Source: a virus (lineage: Duplodnaviria > Caudoviricetes). From it: a stretch of 64,000 bases of DNA. Positions 1 through 9,972 of the stretch are shown here, in pieces. The translations under genes were made by a program, and so were the position numbers. Location: the IMG/VR virus record IMGVR_UViG_3300036855_000024, positions 2,268-66,267 of that record; one strand, 5' to 3'. How positions within the stretch are numbered: the first letter of the stretch is position 1; the number at the start of each line of letters is the position of its first letter. The notes below the pieces were generated by a model. That model did no database searches. It had not been told where the DNA came from and saw nothing but the letters and a program-made list of their open reading frames with translations.

Positions 1-605
1 GCAATATCACTGACAATGAATGGGAACACTGTATGATTGCGGAGTGCGTAGGCAGGGTGGAACGTGGGCACTACTAGCATGTCCGAGATGAACGCAGACG
101 GCCTAGGCCCGCCCGCCCGCACCAGGGTAATGCCCTCTTTGTTGTCGAGCAGCGAGCGTGCTGCGTGCGCACCCATCGTGACGGCAGTATCGACCCCCGC
201 TGTCTCAAGCTCATGAATGAGTCTAGGTCGGCAGTGTTCGATAGCCTTGGGCGGTAGTTTGTCGAATTCATCCTTCGGGTAGTGACACGCACTGGCGTTA
301 GTTATTAGAGCCTCACTACGGTCTATCTGTAGATGCTTGAGGGTACCATCAAGTACCTTACCGCTAAGCCCAATAAATACACGCTTGCTCTTGATCTCGT
401 TCTCACCTGGTGCTTCACCGATGAATGCCAGCCTATTGCCAGTAGAGCACGCCTTGACAGGGAAGGTACTGGGGACGTAGGTCCCACTCTCATAAAGAGG
501 ACAGCCAGTGCAGTCAGCATAAGGATGCTTATTGACAACAGGAGTGCTAACTTCTGGATCTGCTGGCCCAGACAATTCATCATCGAATCGTAACGGTTCT
601 GTCAT
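1..605 (-). CDS. Uracil-DNA glycosylase family 4 domain protein, 3' end outside window (possibly N-terminal domain of a UDG-DNA polymerase A fusion)
   Basis: Not in the ORF track because it has no stop in the window. Hand translation from ATG 605 is open to base 1: MTEPLRF...CTGCPLY...FIGEAPGENE...FIGLSG...TNASAC...HCRPRL...PTFHPAYALR, i.e. the CxxC, GEAPG and HPA motifs of Fe-S UDG4. Confidence 0.85.
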   Translation of the reverse strand, partial: MTEPLRFDDELSGPADPEVSTPVVNKHPYADCTGCPLYESGTYVPSTFPVKACSTGNRLAFIGEAPGENEIKSKRVFIGLSGKVLDGTLKHLQIDRSEALITNASACHYPKDEFDKLPPKAIEHCRPRLIHELETAGVDTAVTMGAHAARSLLDNKEGITLVRAGGPRPSAFISDMLVVPTFHPAYALRNHTVFPFIVSDI

Positions 606-616
606 GTTGGTATCCT

Positions 617-847
617 TTACCCAGCCCTCTCGGTAAGTCGCGTATAGGATTCCTGGTAATCTTCTACAGATGGCCGCATGGACTCTACGATAGTCTTTAT
701 CTTTTGTTGGACTAGATTCCAGTCTCCAGCTCCAATCTCTGGGTAGTCTTCATGAGAGGTATCTCCGATGATGAGGGCATAGTCAATGGTGCTGGCTAGT
801 GCGTGCTTAGCTACCCTCTCAATATCTACTTCTAAGTTATCCATCAC
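617..847 (-). CDS. Hypothetical protein
   Basis: 76-aa ORF tightly coupled to its neighbours in the minus-strand operon. Confidence 0.6.
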   Translation of the reverse strand: MMDNLEVDIERVAKHALASTIDYALIIGDTSHEDYPEIGAGDWNLVQQKIKTIVESMRPSVEDYQESYTRLTERAG

Positions 848-1395
848 ATTGCCCGGTTGCCGTGTCTGAAAGCCCTCGTCCGGTTGTAGTCCATCTTGCG
901 GCGGTATTCAAATCCAAGGTCATAGCCGTATAGGTTGCAGCAGTAGCGGAGTCTGGCGTAAAGCCTGCTCAGGAATACGTCTACCTGCTGGATATTGCCG
1001 GCCTGATAGGACCGGAACGCGTCAGTGATACATGCGTGCATGATTGAACACTGATCACCGAATGACAACTTGTCATTATTGGTATTCTTGCAGCCTGGTA
1101 GCGGATACTGTGTGTCGATCTTCAGACCTCTACCGTGCGAGTAGTGAAGCAACCTCACTAGAACGTCCGCGAACTCACTGCCTACTCCCTCTGGCTTAGG
1201 CAGGCTACCGTTGCTGACTAGGCTGGTCTGATCATCGAACTTGGCAATCCTGAATGCTTCTACTGCCTCACTGACCTCGGAATGCAAAAGAGCGCACTCA
1301 TCACCAAATGTTCTAGAACTGTCAGGTTCCCATCCCTTTGTAATTGCCCATTCGAACACTTCTCTTTGTGCTCCTGTAAACTCTCTCGGTCTCAT
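844..1395 (-). CDS. MazG-like nucleotide pyrophosphohydrolase with a degenerate second repeat
   Basis: ECALLHSEVSEAVEAFR...EGVGSEFADVLVRL (EXXE/EXXD metal motifs). The second half repeats the FGDxC motif without the acidic residues. C-terminal KMDYNRTRAFRHG. Confidence 0.8.
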   Translation of the reverse strand: MRPREFTGAQREVFEWAITKGWEPDSSRTFGDECALLHSEVSEAVEAFRIAKFDDQTSLVSNGSLPKPEGVGSEFADVLVRLLHYSHGRGLKIDTQYPLPGCKNTNNDKLSFGDQCSIMHACITDAFRSYQAGNIQQVDVFLSRLYARLRYCCNLYGYDLGFEYRRKMDYNRTRAFRHGNRAM

Positions 1396-1808
1396 TAGTC
1401 ATTCCAACCTTTCGAAAAGTCGATAACGAATGAACGCCAGGAAGGATAGTGGCGGATAGAAGATCCACAGTGGAACACGTGCTCCCTAGGACCAATAATG
1501 ATAATATTCTTTCCAGCTCCAATTGCAATACCATACTCTACGTGCCTACCGCCACGGGATTTCTCGCCTGTAGTAAATTGAATGAGCGTGTCGCACTGGA
1601 GAATTTCGCTGTAGTCAGTGAGCCCGTACGCTCCGCACTCCTGCATGTTATCCAGGTTTATAGATTTGCCGCCTATACCAGCACTTTCAACTTCATTGGG
1701 AGTATCGATCCACGTAGAGGTGACCTTATGTCCTAGTCCCTCGATAATGTCTCTGCAGCCTTGCATCTCGTTCTTGCGTGCATAGTCCGCTGCCAGATAG
1801 ATTTTCAT
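1395..1808 (-). CDS. Nucleoside 2-deoxyribosyltransferase-like protein
   Basis: MKIYLAA...D..EILQCDTLI...SRGGRHVEYGIAIGAGKNIIIIG, the typical NDT pattern. Confidence 0.8.
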   Translation of the reverse strand: MKIYLAADYARKNEMQGCRDIIEGLGHKVTSTWIDTPNEVESAGIGGKSINLDNMQECGAYGLTDYSEILQCDTLIQFTTGEKSRGGRHVEYGIAIGAGKNIIIIGPREHVFHCGSSIRHYPSWRSFVIDFSKGWND

Positions 1809-1817
1809 AGCTTATTA

Positions 1818-3872
1818 TCATTCCTCTCTGGTTGCTGCTCTGTAGACGGTCCCACGACCTACCTTTGCTGCGATGACCAACCCTCTACCGATCAGCGTGG
1901 CCTCAATTTCGCTGGCCTCTCTGGCGGTGAGTCTGAACCGACGCATGATGGCGCCACGGTTAAGCCCATCTTTCGATTCTCTGATGTGTTTCTCTATGCG
2001 GAGTACTCTTACCTCATCCTTACCAGGCTTATCCTCAATACCTCTTGCTACTTCATACATGCTTTCTATCCATACTCCAGAGTAGGAGATAGCTTTTACC
2101 AAATCCTGAATATCCAGCATTGGTTCTAGGTTCTCTCGGTAAGCTCTGTCGGCGCTCAGTAGGATAGCTACCTTGATTATGCTGTTCATGCATCGTTCGT
2201 ATAGTGGGGTGAATATATCTGGGTTCTCGCTGTTCGTCCCTAAGTGGTGAACGTCCTCTTCCAACTTCCGCATTCGTTCCCAGGCTTCTTGGGTTGCTTT
2301 CATTAGAAGTGGTTCTGCATTACCATTACTACTGAATGGACTACTAGTAGTTGTGTACCGGTTACTTAGTCCGCTCAGGTACTTTAGTAGTGAGTCCCTA
2401 AGTTCTGTAGTGCCCTGGTCTGGAGGACCTATTGGTTTCATATCCTCTATGCGTGTCCAACCACAGACGATCAGAAACCTAGGAAGGAAACCACTGTTAA
2501 TGTGTTCAGCAGTTAGCAGTTCTGTTGTCTTTGACTTGATACCTCCACAGAGAATCTGGAAGTAAGGATTGTTTACCTCGATAACCTTACTCCGTAGAGT
2601 TCTCTTTTCCTCACCTCCGTCATAAAGCCTAGTCAAATCCTCCAAGAACCCTGACATGTATTTCTTATCTACTGTCTCGCTGAGAAATCCGCTGATCTCG
2701 TCTCTGTGGAATAGAGAACTCTTCCCATTCCTATCGGCCAGAGCGCTCGTAATACCTTCGCTACTTCCCTTTGTGCTCAGTACAATATCTGGGTCAATGC
2801 ACTTAGCTAGCTTTACTGACATCTCCATGGCAGTGGTTTTTCTGGTCAGTGTGGTACCTGCCAGGATCATAAACCAGAGGTTGCAGCGGAACTCACCGAA
2901 TGACGTGGGCAGTCTGATATGCGGACTCAGCAGAACAGAGAGCGCCATGAGCGCACCGGCTATGTGGTATTGGCTTGGGCTATCCGTGCACTGCGTTGCC
3001 CACTCGACGTACCTATCCACAAATGAGTCTTTGTCTAATCCTAGGTCTGTAGAGCGTATCTCGTCCTCAGTGAGCAGCGATGGCACGCTACTGGACGCCA
3101 CACTGTCAGTAGCGTCCTTAAAGAGAACACTGAGGGGTGCGTACCTGTCATCGCCGGGAAGAGCTCCTACGGCTGACTGAGAGGCTTCTAGCACTAGGTA
3201 CGTCTCTTGGGTAGTACAGCCGAGACGAGCACACATGCGAGCTAGCGACCATCTATCGTTGACCCTGAACAGATAGTCGAATGTCTCTCCTGACAGTTCC
3301 CTGCGCTTTGTTACTTTAAGGAAGGTATCGAGATCGCTAGATTCTATTTCTTGAACTAGCCATGGCTCAGAGCTATACTTCCAATTCTTGGTGCCGGGCA
3401 ACCGGCGCAACCGGTTATCACTCGCTATGGGACCGTTCACTGATAGTGGACTGAACTCATCCTTAAAGCCATTCCGATACCAGTAGGCTTGGTAGCGCCC
3501 GGACGAGGATTCCACGACGAGATCAGGTCGTGGACTCACCAGGACGGGGGAGAGCATGTCGAGGTCGGCAGCGATGACAGGAGAGCTGATTACGGTACTC
3601 TCAGTGCTCTCCTGATCATAGAGAGCGGGGTAGAAGTAGACGTTCGTCCCCGACTTTTTTGACCATTCATCAACCTGCTCAGTGATGGACGCTATTCCAC
3701 CGGGGTACTCGAATGAATGGCTCTCTCTCTTGCCACCAGAGATAGTGACTAATACTAGATAGCCTTCGTCGTCTCCGAATACCTTCTTGAGGAAATCCAT
3801 AGCATGATTTCCTATCCCACTACTATTACCCAATCTTGCATTACGTATATCCCACAGACGAGAGGCGACCAT
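1818..3872 (-). CDS. Primase-like N-terminal domain fused to a DUF3987 (YfjI-like) P-loop domain; replication protein
   Basis: N-terminal ADLD...VVESSSGRYQAYW...LRRLPGTKNWK (RepB/AEP-primase-like). C-terminal NLWFMILAGTTLTRKTT...SSEG...DEISGFL...LTRLYDG...SGFLPRF. Confidence 0.75.
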   Translation of the reverse strand: MVASRLWDIRNARLGNSSGIGNHAMDFLKKVFGDDEGYLVLVTISGGKRESHSFEYPGGIASITEQVDEWSKKSGTNVYFYPALYDQESTESTVISSPVIAADLDMLSPVLVSPRPDLVVESSSGRYQAYWYRNGFKDEFSPLSVNGPIASDNRLRRLPGTKNWKYSSEPWLVQEIESSDLDTFLKVTKRRELSGETFDYLFRVNDRWSLARMCARLGCTTQETYLVLEASQSAVGALPGDDRYAPLSVLFKDATDSVASSSVPSLLTEDEIRSTDLGLDKDSFVDRYVEWATQCTDSPSQYHIAGALMALSVLLSPHIRLPTSFGEFRCNLWFMILAGTTLTRKTTAMEMSVKLAKCIDPDIVLSTKGSSEGITSALADRNGKSSLFHRDEISGFLSETVDKKYMSGFLEDLTRLYDGGEEKRTLRSKVIEVNNPYFQILCGGIKSKTTELLTAEHINSGFLPRFLIVCGWTRIEDMKPIGPPDQGTTELRDSLLKYLSGLSNRYTTTSSPFSSNGNAEPLLMKATQEAWERMRKLEEDVHHLGTNSENPDIFTPLYERCMNSIIKVAILLSADRAYRENLEPMLDIQDLVKAISYSGVWIESMYEVARGIEDKPGKDEVRVLRIEKHIRESKDGLNRGAIMRRFRLTAREASEIEATLIGRGLVIAAKVGRGTVYRAATREE

Positions 3873-3917
3873 TGTAGTTAATCGCCTCTCGTCTGTTGGT
3901 CAGATCACTAGTCTGAG

Positions 3918-4391
3918 TCAGGCCAGCATGTCGTTGGATGTGTACTCATGCAGACGGAACTTGCGCATCGTGTTACCATCCTCATAGCCGTCCTTAGCAG
4001 GAGTAGCGACAATATAGGCGTCTAGCTCCTTGCCGATCAAGTTCTCTTCCGCCCACTCATTGGTAGGATCGAATTCCTCAGTATCCTGAGTTGCGCGCGA
4101 GATACCGCACGCCTCAAGGAATTGCTTCATCTGGCCGATGTTCGTCTCGATCATCTCCGAGTGAGAATCAAGAACAAACTGAGTGAACACCCAACGCTTT
4201 TCGTGGGTACCGCTAGCGACGGACACGCCCAACTTATACATCAGCGATCCTGGGTTCTTGCTCTTATCCCCAGTCTCGGTCTCATACCAACGCTCCACCC
4301 TCACGTGCTGCCATCCATTCGGGATCGGCTTACTGCCCGCACCCGGTTCGACTCCAGCAAAGTTCAGGCCCAGATCGTCAAACTTACCCAT
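3918..4391 (-). CDS. DUF669-like single-stranded DNA-binding protein
   Basis: Start reassigned to MGKFDD because of the AAGGAG RBS. PIPNGWQHVRVE...F...MKQFLEACG...LIGKEL; located next to an AAA_24 gene. Confidence 0.65.
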   Translation of the reverse strand: MGKFDDLGLNFAGVEPGAGSKPIPNGWQHVRVERWYETETGDKSKNPGSLMYKLGVSVASGTHEKRWVFTQFVLDSHSEMIETNIGQMKQFLEACGISRATQDTEEFDPTNEWAEENLIGKELDAYIVATPAKDGYEDGNTMRKFRLHEYTSNDMLA

Positions 4392-4512
4392 CGTGTTCTC
4401 CTTAATAGATGTTGTGCTGTCGCGGGTTACTTGCTTCACCCATCCCAACCGCAGTACTTCAGCGGCTAAGTCTTTATCTACCGCCCGGAAAAAGGTGGCA
4501 TGCCATTGGTAA

Positions 4513-5334
4513 TCACAATAGTCCCCAGTGCTTGGCGATCTCTCGCATTGTCGGATCTTCTAGCGTGTCCGGTAGTCGGTCACCGCGATCACGCGCCATA
4601 ACCCTGGGTGTGCCCTTGCTCTGTAACACTCGGCACCCTTTAGCTTCGTGGTAATACATGTAGAGGATGCTGTCAAATGCGCCACATGCCTTATTGAGGG
4701 CAGCGGGGGTGAAGTCGGGAACCCAAGAGGGTACTACTACCTCATCCATTTTGTTAGTCTTGGGCTTGGCGACGTTTCTTGACCATGCCGTCATAAATAC
4801 GTGCATAGGGAGGTCGGTAAACGCATCGAACAGAATCCCCATCTGCGTGGCGCTAGTACTCCAGCCGCCATTCTGCATCTGGGCCGTCTTGAAATCAGTA
4901 AAGCTAGTATTCCGTCCACCCTCGGCACTGTAGTAAAGGTGCTCGATGCCACGTACTTGGGCGGTAGTCACACCATCGACACATACGCTCTTGAACCCGG
5001 CACCCTTAGTCTTGTGTAACTGGTCGAACACCTTCTGTAGTTGACTGAAATTCCTAATGTCAACTACACGGGCGTGTGGATACAGACTTCGTAGACTCTT
5101 AGCTCCCTTATCCACGTTGATAATAAGCATGGGTGACATGCCGTCAACATTGTCGGCCGACGCAATTAGGGGCGTTTTCCCAATAGAAGGCGGTCCGTAG
5201 ACTAAGGCGCGCTCAAACTGCGTGATTGACTCTGCTCGATAAATCTTCAGGCCACCTAGGCTATCTGGAGTTAATACCTCTTCTTTCTCCGTAGCCTTTA
5301 TCACTTCACCCACTGTACCCACACCCCTTATCAA
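4513..5334 (-). CDS. AAA_24 (Sak4-like) recombination ATPase
   Basis: ALVYGPPSIGKT Walker A, CVDGVT, FMTAW, FDSILYM, ARDR. Confidence 0.8.
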   Translation of the reverse strand: MIRGVGTVGEVIKATEKEEVLTPDSLGGLKIYRAESITQFERALVYGPPSIGKTPLIASADNVDGMSPMLIINVDKGAKSLRSLYPHARVVDIRNFSQLQKVFDQLHKTKGAGFKSVCVDGVTTAQVRGIEHLYYSAEGGRNTSFTDFKTAQMQNGGWSTSATQMGILFDAFTDLPMHVFMTAWSRNVAKPKTNKMDEVVVPSWVPDFTPAALNKACGAFDSILYMYYHEAKGCRVLQSKGTPRVMARDRGDRLPDTLEDPTMREIAKHWGLL

Positions 5335-5342
5335 CTATTGAT

Positions 5343-5555
5343 TCATGCATCCTTACTTACAGATAATCGATAGTCACATTCCATCGCCTGTCTAGTCAGG
5401 TGAGCCTCGCCCATTGTTTGGAAACACTGCGGAGTGGTGTCTGCTGTCCGTCGCTCCTGAAGGTCATACACGTACCACGTTCCGTCTCCGTATTCCCGCA
5501 ACGTGTACCGGATAAGGTCAACCATTTCAGATTCCTCTCTCTTCCTGTAGCTCAC
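5343..5555 (-). CDS. Hypothetical protein
   Basis: 70-aa ORF in the operon; start uncertain. Confidence 0.5.
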   Translation of the reverse strand: MSYRKREESEMVDLIRYTLREYGDGTWYVYDLQERRTADTTPQCFQTMGEAHLTRQAMECDYRLSVSKDA

Positions 5556-5865
5556 GCAGTCTGATCATTAGTGGGCACTCTTCCAGCCACTCAATGTCAG
5601 TCTGGGCTAGCAATAAGCTGTAAGAACTATCGAGGCAGTCACTAGCAGCATCTCCATTAGGTCCCGGAACGCTCAGAACGTCAAGCTCGTAAGCGAACTT
5701 AAGTGATGCTGCATTACGTACGAGATAATCAATAACATTTGCTAGGCGGTTATCAGTCAAGTCGTCTACTCTTACTCGTTCTGCTAGTCTCCCCCAAAAC
5801 TCAGTCTGATTGAGAATATCAAGTAGGGTAGGAAACTCGTCAGTGGATTGCTCGCCCGTAGTCAC
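5527..5865 (-). CDS. Hypothetical protein
   Basis: 112-aa ORF overlapping the upstream stop codon. Confidence 0.65.
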   Translation of the reverse strand: MTTGEQSTDEFPTLLDILNQTEFWGRLAERVRVDDLTDNRLANVIDYLVRNAASLKFAYELDVLSVPGPNGDAASDCLDSSYSLLLAQTDIEWLEECPLMIRLRELQEERGI

Positions 5866-7991
5866 TCTGGATACCTGTCTTCCTTTACGTAGTCAGAGTT
5901 AAGAGTAAATTCGTAATCCAAGCCACGCATCTTCATCTCACACGGGCCTCTGAACACGCAGCGAGGACACGTGATAGGTCCGGGCGCTGCCCAGATGCGA
6001 ACTCCCTTATCTATCATATCTTGCACTTCTAGGCTTACGTTAGTCAGTACTTCCTTTAACTCTGCTGTGTTCTTTTCTCGTCTGAACCGCTTGTGAAAAA
6101 TGGGTGCTTCACTACTCTGCAAAAATTCTAGGAACTCATCGTAGGCACCGTCCGCTAGCCCGTCAAAATCCTCTTTCTTGACCGTCTGCAAATAAATGTC
6201 GTACGTGGTGCTCATGTTCTTGTCTTGACTGAAGATCCCACCATTACGCTTACGTCGTAACCGGACTGGAGGCTTAGGATAATCCTTCCTGATCTCGGCG
6301 AGGATAAATCCTCTCACATCGAGATTCATGACGTATCGGAGGACTGCACAGTAAGTGCTGAGTTGGTCGTGACTCCATACTAGGTTATCCTGGCTAAAGC
6401 GGTTGGTGTTTTTCTCATTACCATCGACAGCCTTATCGCCGCCTACAGTGTTGTGAGTTAGTAAGTGGTCATCGACCACATATAGGGAATCGCTGTTAGA
6501 GACCCTAATACATAAGGTCTCTTCCTCACTGTCAGGTTCAATGGAGATGATTTTCTTTCTGTTCTTATTCCTACTAGGTGTGAATGTACTAGCCTTACGT
6601 TCGAGTGTGAAAGGATTAGCATTATTAGGTAGGTACACGGTGACTACACACTCAGGGACAGTTCCACCTTTACGTGTGTGATCCCTAATCCAAATGAATC
6701 CACGCCCACCCAACGAGTCGACCAATTCTTTAACGTCTCTAGCTAGTTGGTGCGAAGTAGTATAGAACTTAGAGTTACCTTTCTCAGTACCGCCGTCTGT
6801 GTCCATAAGTCCTGCGAGCAACGCTAGTCGCTGTGCTATTGAGCCACGCTTATACGTCTCAGGTATGAACTTGTTGATAGACAGGTGTCCCATTAGACCT
6901 AGGTTACGCATATCGGGAATGGCACCACGGATTGTGTGGCCGTATTTACCGTCATAGAATCCAAGTGACCAGTGATTAGGGGCATTGGCCATAAGTTTAG
7001 GTACCAAGCCGTCGCCATTGGTGAACCTGACTATTTCCGTACTCATCCCCCCATCACCTATCAAGAGCCCCAATACGTAGGGGTCTACGTCGTATTGCTT
7101 CTCTGTATACTCAATAGGCTCTAGCTCTGGGAGGAAGTAATAGCCGCCACACTTCTTAGCTAACTCGTCTTTGACTTGTTCAGTAGTTAGTACCTTGTCT
7201 TTAACAGAATAGCTAGTGCCGACAGACCAAAGATGTTCCCCCGTAGCGCGAGTTACCGACCCATCTCTAGTCGTGATTTTGTAGACCTGTTTACGTCCTT
7301 GCGGATAGACCCCGATGACCTTTTGAGCTTTACCGTCACGGCCTACTATTTCACTGCCGACAGATAGCGCTCCTAGGGTAGTCCGACCTTCCAGTGTTAG
7401 GACTGTGGTATCTAGTGGTTGAGCCTTCCAGTCGCCGACTAGGTAGCCGCCGTGCTCTAGATCTTCAAAGATAACGTCAATACGGCCTTCATGTACGACG
7501 ATATCGCCTAGGTCGTGTTTTTGACCACAATTAGTATTCCAGCACCGGAGGTTATCTCCAGTCTCTGGATCGAATAGCGGAACCTGAAACTTTACTTCCG
7601 TCTTAACCGGCTTTAAGTTGGAGTCCTCTACAGGATGGATAGTCAGGACGTAATGCTCCAACATCTTAATGCCAAGCTCGACACGCCCGGCGTAGTCGTC
7701 CCTTCCATCCCATGTGAGTCTGGTCTGACTCGTAGCTGCCAGGTATCGGTCTCGCTGTTCATTGCAGCAGTTGGTGAATGCCTCGATAGCAAGAGCTAGC
7801 TTCTGCCAGGGTGTGGTCTGGTCCCAAGTGGCCGGGTTATAGACAACCTGCATTCCGACGTGGAACGCTGTTCCGAATTCAAGAGCTTGCGGACTGACAA
7901 TAGGTTGCCAGCCTTCGCGCCACCCCCAATTCCACGCTCGCTTACAGCGACGGGCAGCTAAGCGCTCGGAACTCCTGACAATGTGGGGCAT
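5862..7991 (-). CDS. Cas4-like PD-(D/E)XK exonuclease containing an intein
   Basis: RC near the N-terminus, FGTAFH, EVKF, GRIDVI, GDWK|T motif and C-terminal CPRCVFRGPC (4Fe-4S staple). Confidence 0.85.
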   Translation of the reverse strand: MPHIVRSSERLAARRCKRAWNWGWREGWQPIVSPQALEFGTAFHVGMQVVYNPATWDQTTPWQKLALAIEAFTNCCNEQRDRYLAATSQTRLTWDGRDDYAGRVELGIKMLEHYVLTIHPVEDSNLKPVKTEVKFQVPLFDPETGDNLRCWNTNCGQKHDLGDIVVHEGRIDVIFEDLEHGGYLVGDWKAQPLDTTVLTLEGRTTLGALSVGSEIVGRDGKAQKVIGVYPQGRKQVYKITTRDGSVTRATGEHLWSVGTSYSVKDKVLTTEQVKDELAKKCGGYYFLPELEPIEYTEKQYDVDPYVLGLLIGDGGMSTEIVRFTNGDGLVPKLMANAPNHWSLGFYDGKYGHTIRGAIPDMRNLGLMGHLSINKFIPETYKRGSIAQRLALLAGLMDTDGGTEKGNSKFYTTSHQLARDVKELVDSLGGRGFIWIRDHTRKGGTVPECVVTVYLPNNANPFTLERKASTFTPSRNKNRKKIISIEPDSEEETLCIRVSNSDSLYVVDDHLLTHNTVGGDKAVDGNEKNTNRFSQDNLVWSHDQLSTYCAVLRYVMNLDVRGFILAEIRKDYPKPPVRLRRKRNGGIFSQDKNMSTTYDIYLQTVKKEDFDGLADGAYDEFLEFLQSSEAPIFHKRFRREKNTAELKEVLTNVSLEVQDMIDKGVRIWAAPGPITCPRCVFRGPCEMKMRGLDYEFTLNSDYVKEDRYPE
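6450..7424 (-). mobile_element. Class 3 (Ala1, WCT) intein with LAGLIDADG homing endonuclease, 325 aa
   Basis: Begins AQPLDTT. Block B TRATGEHLW (W), block F ETLCIRV (C), block G LLTHN followed by +1 Thr. LAGLIDADG motifs YVLGLLIGDG and LLAGLMDTDG. Confidence 0.9.
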
Positions 7992-8122
7992 TAGTGACCA
8001 ACCTCAGATAGAGCAATCCGTAAACGACCAGTCGGCTGCATGTCTTGCCCTCTCAATTTCCCTACGCAGATTATCATTCAGGCTGTGAGTGTGACACCTA
8101 AGAAGACTAGCACTACTTGGTC

Positions 8123-8437
8123 CTAGGACGCAACGTCGCTGGTCGTACTGATCACGGTGGCTAGGGCCTTTCGTCGGTCGCCCTGGTTCATTCCTCCCCA
8201 GATCCCCCACACGTCTCCGTGTTGAAAAGCGTACGAGAGACATAGGTCCCGGACTGGACAACCGCTGCAAATCTGTTTGGCGGCAGCCTGTTGGCCCCTA
8301 TTGTTACTGAACCATTGGTCGGGAGTAGTTGACGACCGGCAATGCCCTAATAGCTTCCAACTATCCCCATCCTCTCCGTAGTCGCTCAGTATTGCAATGG
8401 CAGCTTCTGTTACCAGTTCAGTCACTTTGTTTATCAT
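8123..8437 (-). CDS. whiB: WhiB family transcriptional regulator
   Basis: C...WF...AKQICSGCPVRDLCLSYA...WGIWGG: four Cys plus the G(I/V)WGG turn. Confidence 0.9.
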   Translation of the reverse strand: MINKVTELVTEAAIAILSDYGEDGDSWKLLGHCRSSTTPDQWFSNNRGQQAAAKQICSGCPVRDLCLSYAFQHGDVWGIWGGMNQGDRRKALATVISTTSDVAS

Positions 8438-9903
8438 GCCGATCTATCCCCGTCCGTCTCCACAACCGCCCTGTAGTTCCTGCCTAGGAACTCATCCTTC
8501 CATTCTTGCTTAGTGCGTACTCTATCTAGCCGCGCATAATCCACGGTCGAGCGAGTACGGATATCGATGACAGTGAGGGGTCTACGCTTACCTACAGCCT
8601 TGCCACGCCCGATAGCCTGGCCGCGTACGCGGGGGTTCCACGGGCAGTCGATAAATACCTCAGTGTCAGCTCTGTCTAGCTCAATACTCTCGCTGATGTG
8701 GCCGGTAGTGCCGATAATTATGTCTACTTCACCTTCTTGGAATCTGCGCTCAGATTCGTTGACCTCTTCATTGTTCAATACGTATGAGTACTTGATGCCA
8801 GCATCATCCATTCTCTTCATAGCTAGCTTGACCATGCCTGGGTACTGAGAGAATATGATGGTAGGCCCGTACTTGGGTATATCGCTGATTATCTGCATTA
8901 GAGCGTCCAGCTTGGGGGACGGCTCTACCTGATGGATAGTAGTAGTGTCTACCTTCTTGCGGACCTTAACCATCTTGCCAGTGTTCTCGTCAAGTTCCCT
9001 GTACGTGCGCCATACCTGCCTGACCTCGGCGATGCCGTAGGCTTGTGCGAGTTGCTGTAGTCGCATGGCTGCTACCATCGGGTATTCAGTGATAATGAGA
9101 TCGTCTCCCATCATCATCATTTGCCAGTCAACCATTTCTCGGTAGGATTTTTCCTGCTCAGGTGTCATAGTGACTGCCCGTTCCTCAAACTTGACTGGGA
9201 TTTGGCCTGGGTCGATCTCTTCCAAGGTCATACTGACAAAGAATTCACTGATTTCTCGTCTGAACTCATCGACGTTGATCGGAGCGCCATAACTAAAGTA
9301 GGCACCATTACGACCCTCTAGCTCTTCTACCTCTATGTGCTTGCGTATCCACTTCCAATAGCTGGTGTACTGTTTGGGTCTAATCCAGTTGAGCAGTGAC
9401 CAGATATCCTGCGGAACGTTGTCGTCAGGATCGGCGGTCAGGCCGATCTTAAACCTAGTTCTTAGTCGCTTGAGGGCCTTAGTGCGCTGTGAGTTTCGAT
9501 TCTTGGCCGCGTGCGCTTCATCGGCGATGATGACTGCCCAGTTGATAGGCTGTAGCACATCTAGGTTACGTGCTAGTCCTGCCCAGTGGATTTGGTACAC
9601 ATTTCCATCACATGGATTTCTGACCAGATCGCGCCACTTACCACACTTGGGCCGGTCCACTAGATGGAGGTTGCGTAGGTCAGTTCCGATCTTGCGTAGA
9701 TCTCGAATCCATGGGGAGGTTTTGTCAGAGATAATGAGAATGGGACCGGTGACACCACGGTCCATGAGATTATAAGCTAGGGCTAGTGCAGTGATGGATT
9801 TGCCACCACGCTTGTCGTAGGCTACCAGGCAGCCACTGGTCTGTAAAAACCTCTCGACATCTCTTGCCTGGTACGGTCGCAGCTCAACATTGCCCACGTG
9901 CAT
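8434..9903 (-). CDS. SNF2-like (SF2) helicase
   Basis: LRPYQ, GGKS, IIADEAH, GLTA, DIWSLLNWI, IIFSQY and WNP...QAIGR motifs. Confidence 0.85.
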   Translation of the reverse strand: MHVGNVELRPYQARDVERFLQTSGCLVAYDKRGGKSITALALAYNLMDRGVTGPILIISDKTSPWIRDLRKIGTDLRNLHLVDRPKCGKWRDLVRNPCDGNVYQIHWAGLARNLDVLQPINWAVIIADEAHAAKNRNSQRTKALKRLRTRFKIGLTADPDDNVPQDIWSLLNWIRPKQYTSYWKWIRKHIEVEELEGRNGAYFSYGAPINVDEFRREISEFFVSMTLEEIDPGQIPVKFEERAVTMTPEQEKSYREMVDWQMMMMGDDLIITEYPMVAAMRLQQLAQAYGIAEVRQVWRTYRELDENTGKMVKVRKKVDTTTIHQVEPSPKLDALMQIISDIPKYGPTIIFSQYPGMVKLAMKRMDDAGIKYSYVLNNEEVNESERRFQEGEVDIIIGTTGHISESIELDRADTEVFIDCPWNPRVRGQAIGRGKAVGKRRPLTVIDIRTRSTVDYARLDRVRTKQEWKDEFLGRNYRAVVETDGDRSA

Positions 9904-9972
9904 AACTCGCCCACCCCCACACCCAGTACAGCACCCAGTAACTCACCTGCACCGCTACCCATGCGGTTTAAA

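Noticed and set aside
74-593. Track ORFs 74..292, 323..583 and 333..593
   Set aside because: They are shadows of the real minus-strand UDG frame (ATG 605, open to base 1).
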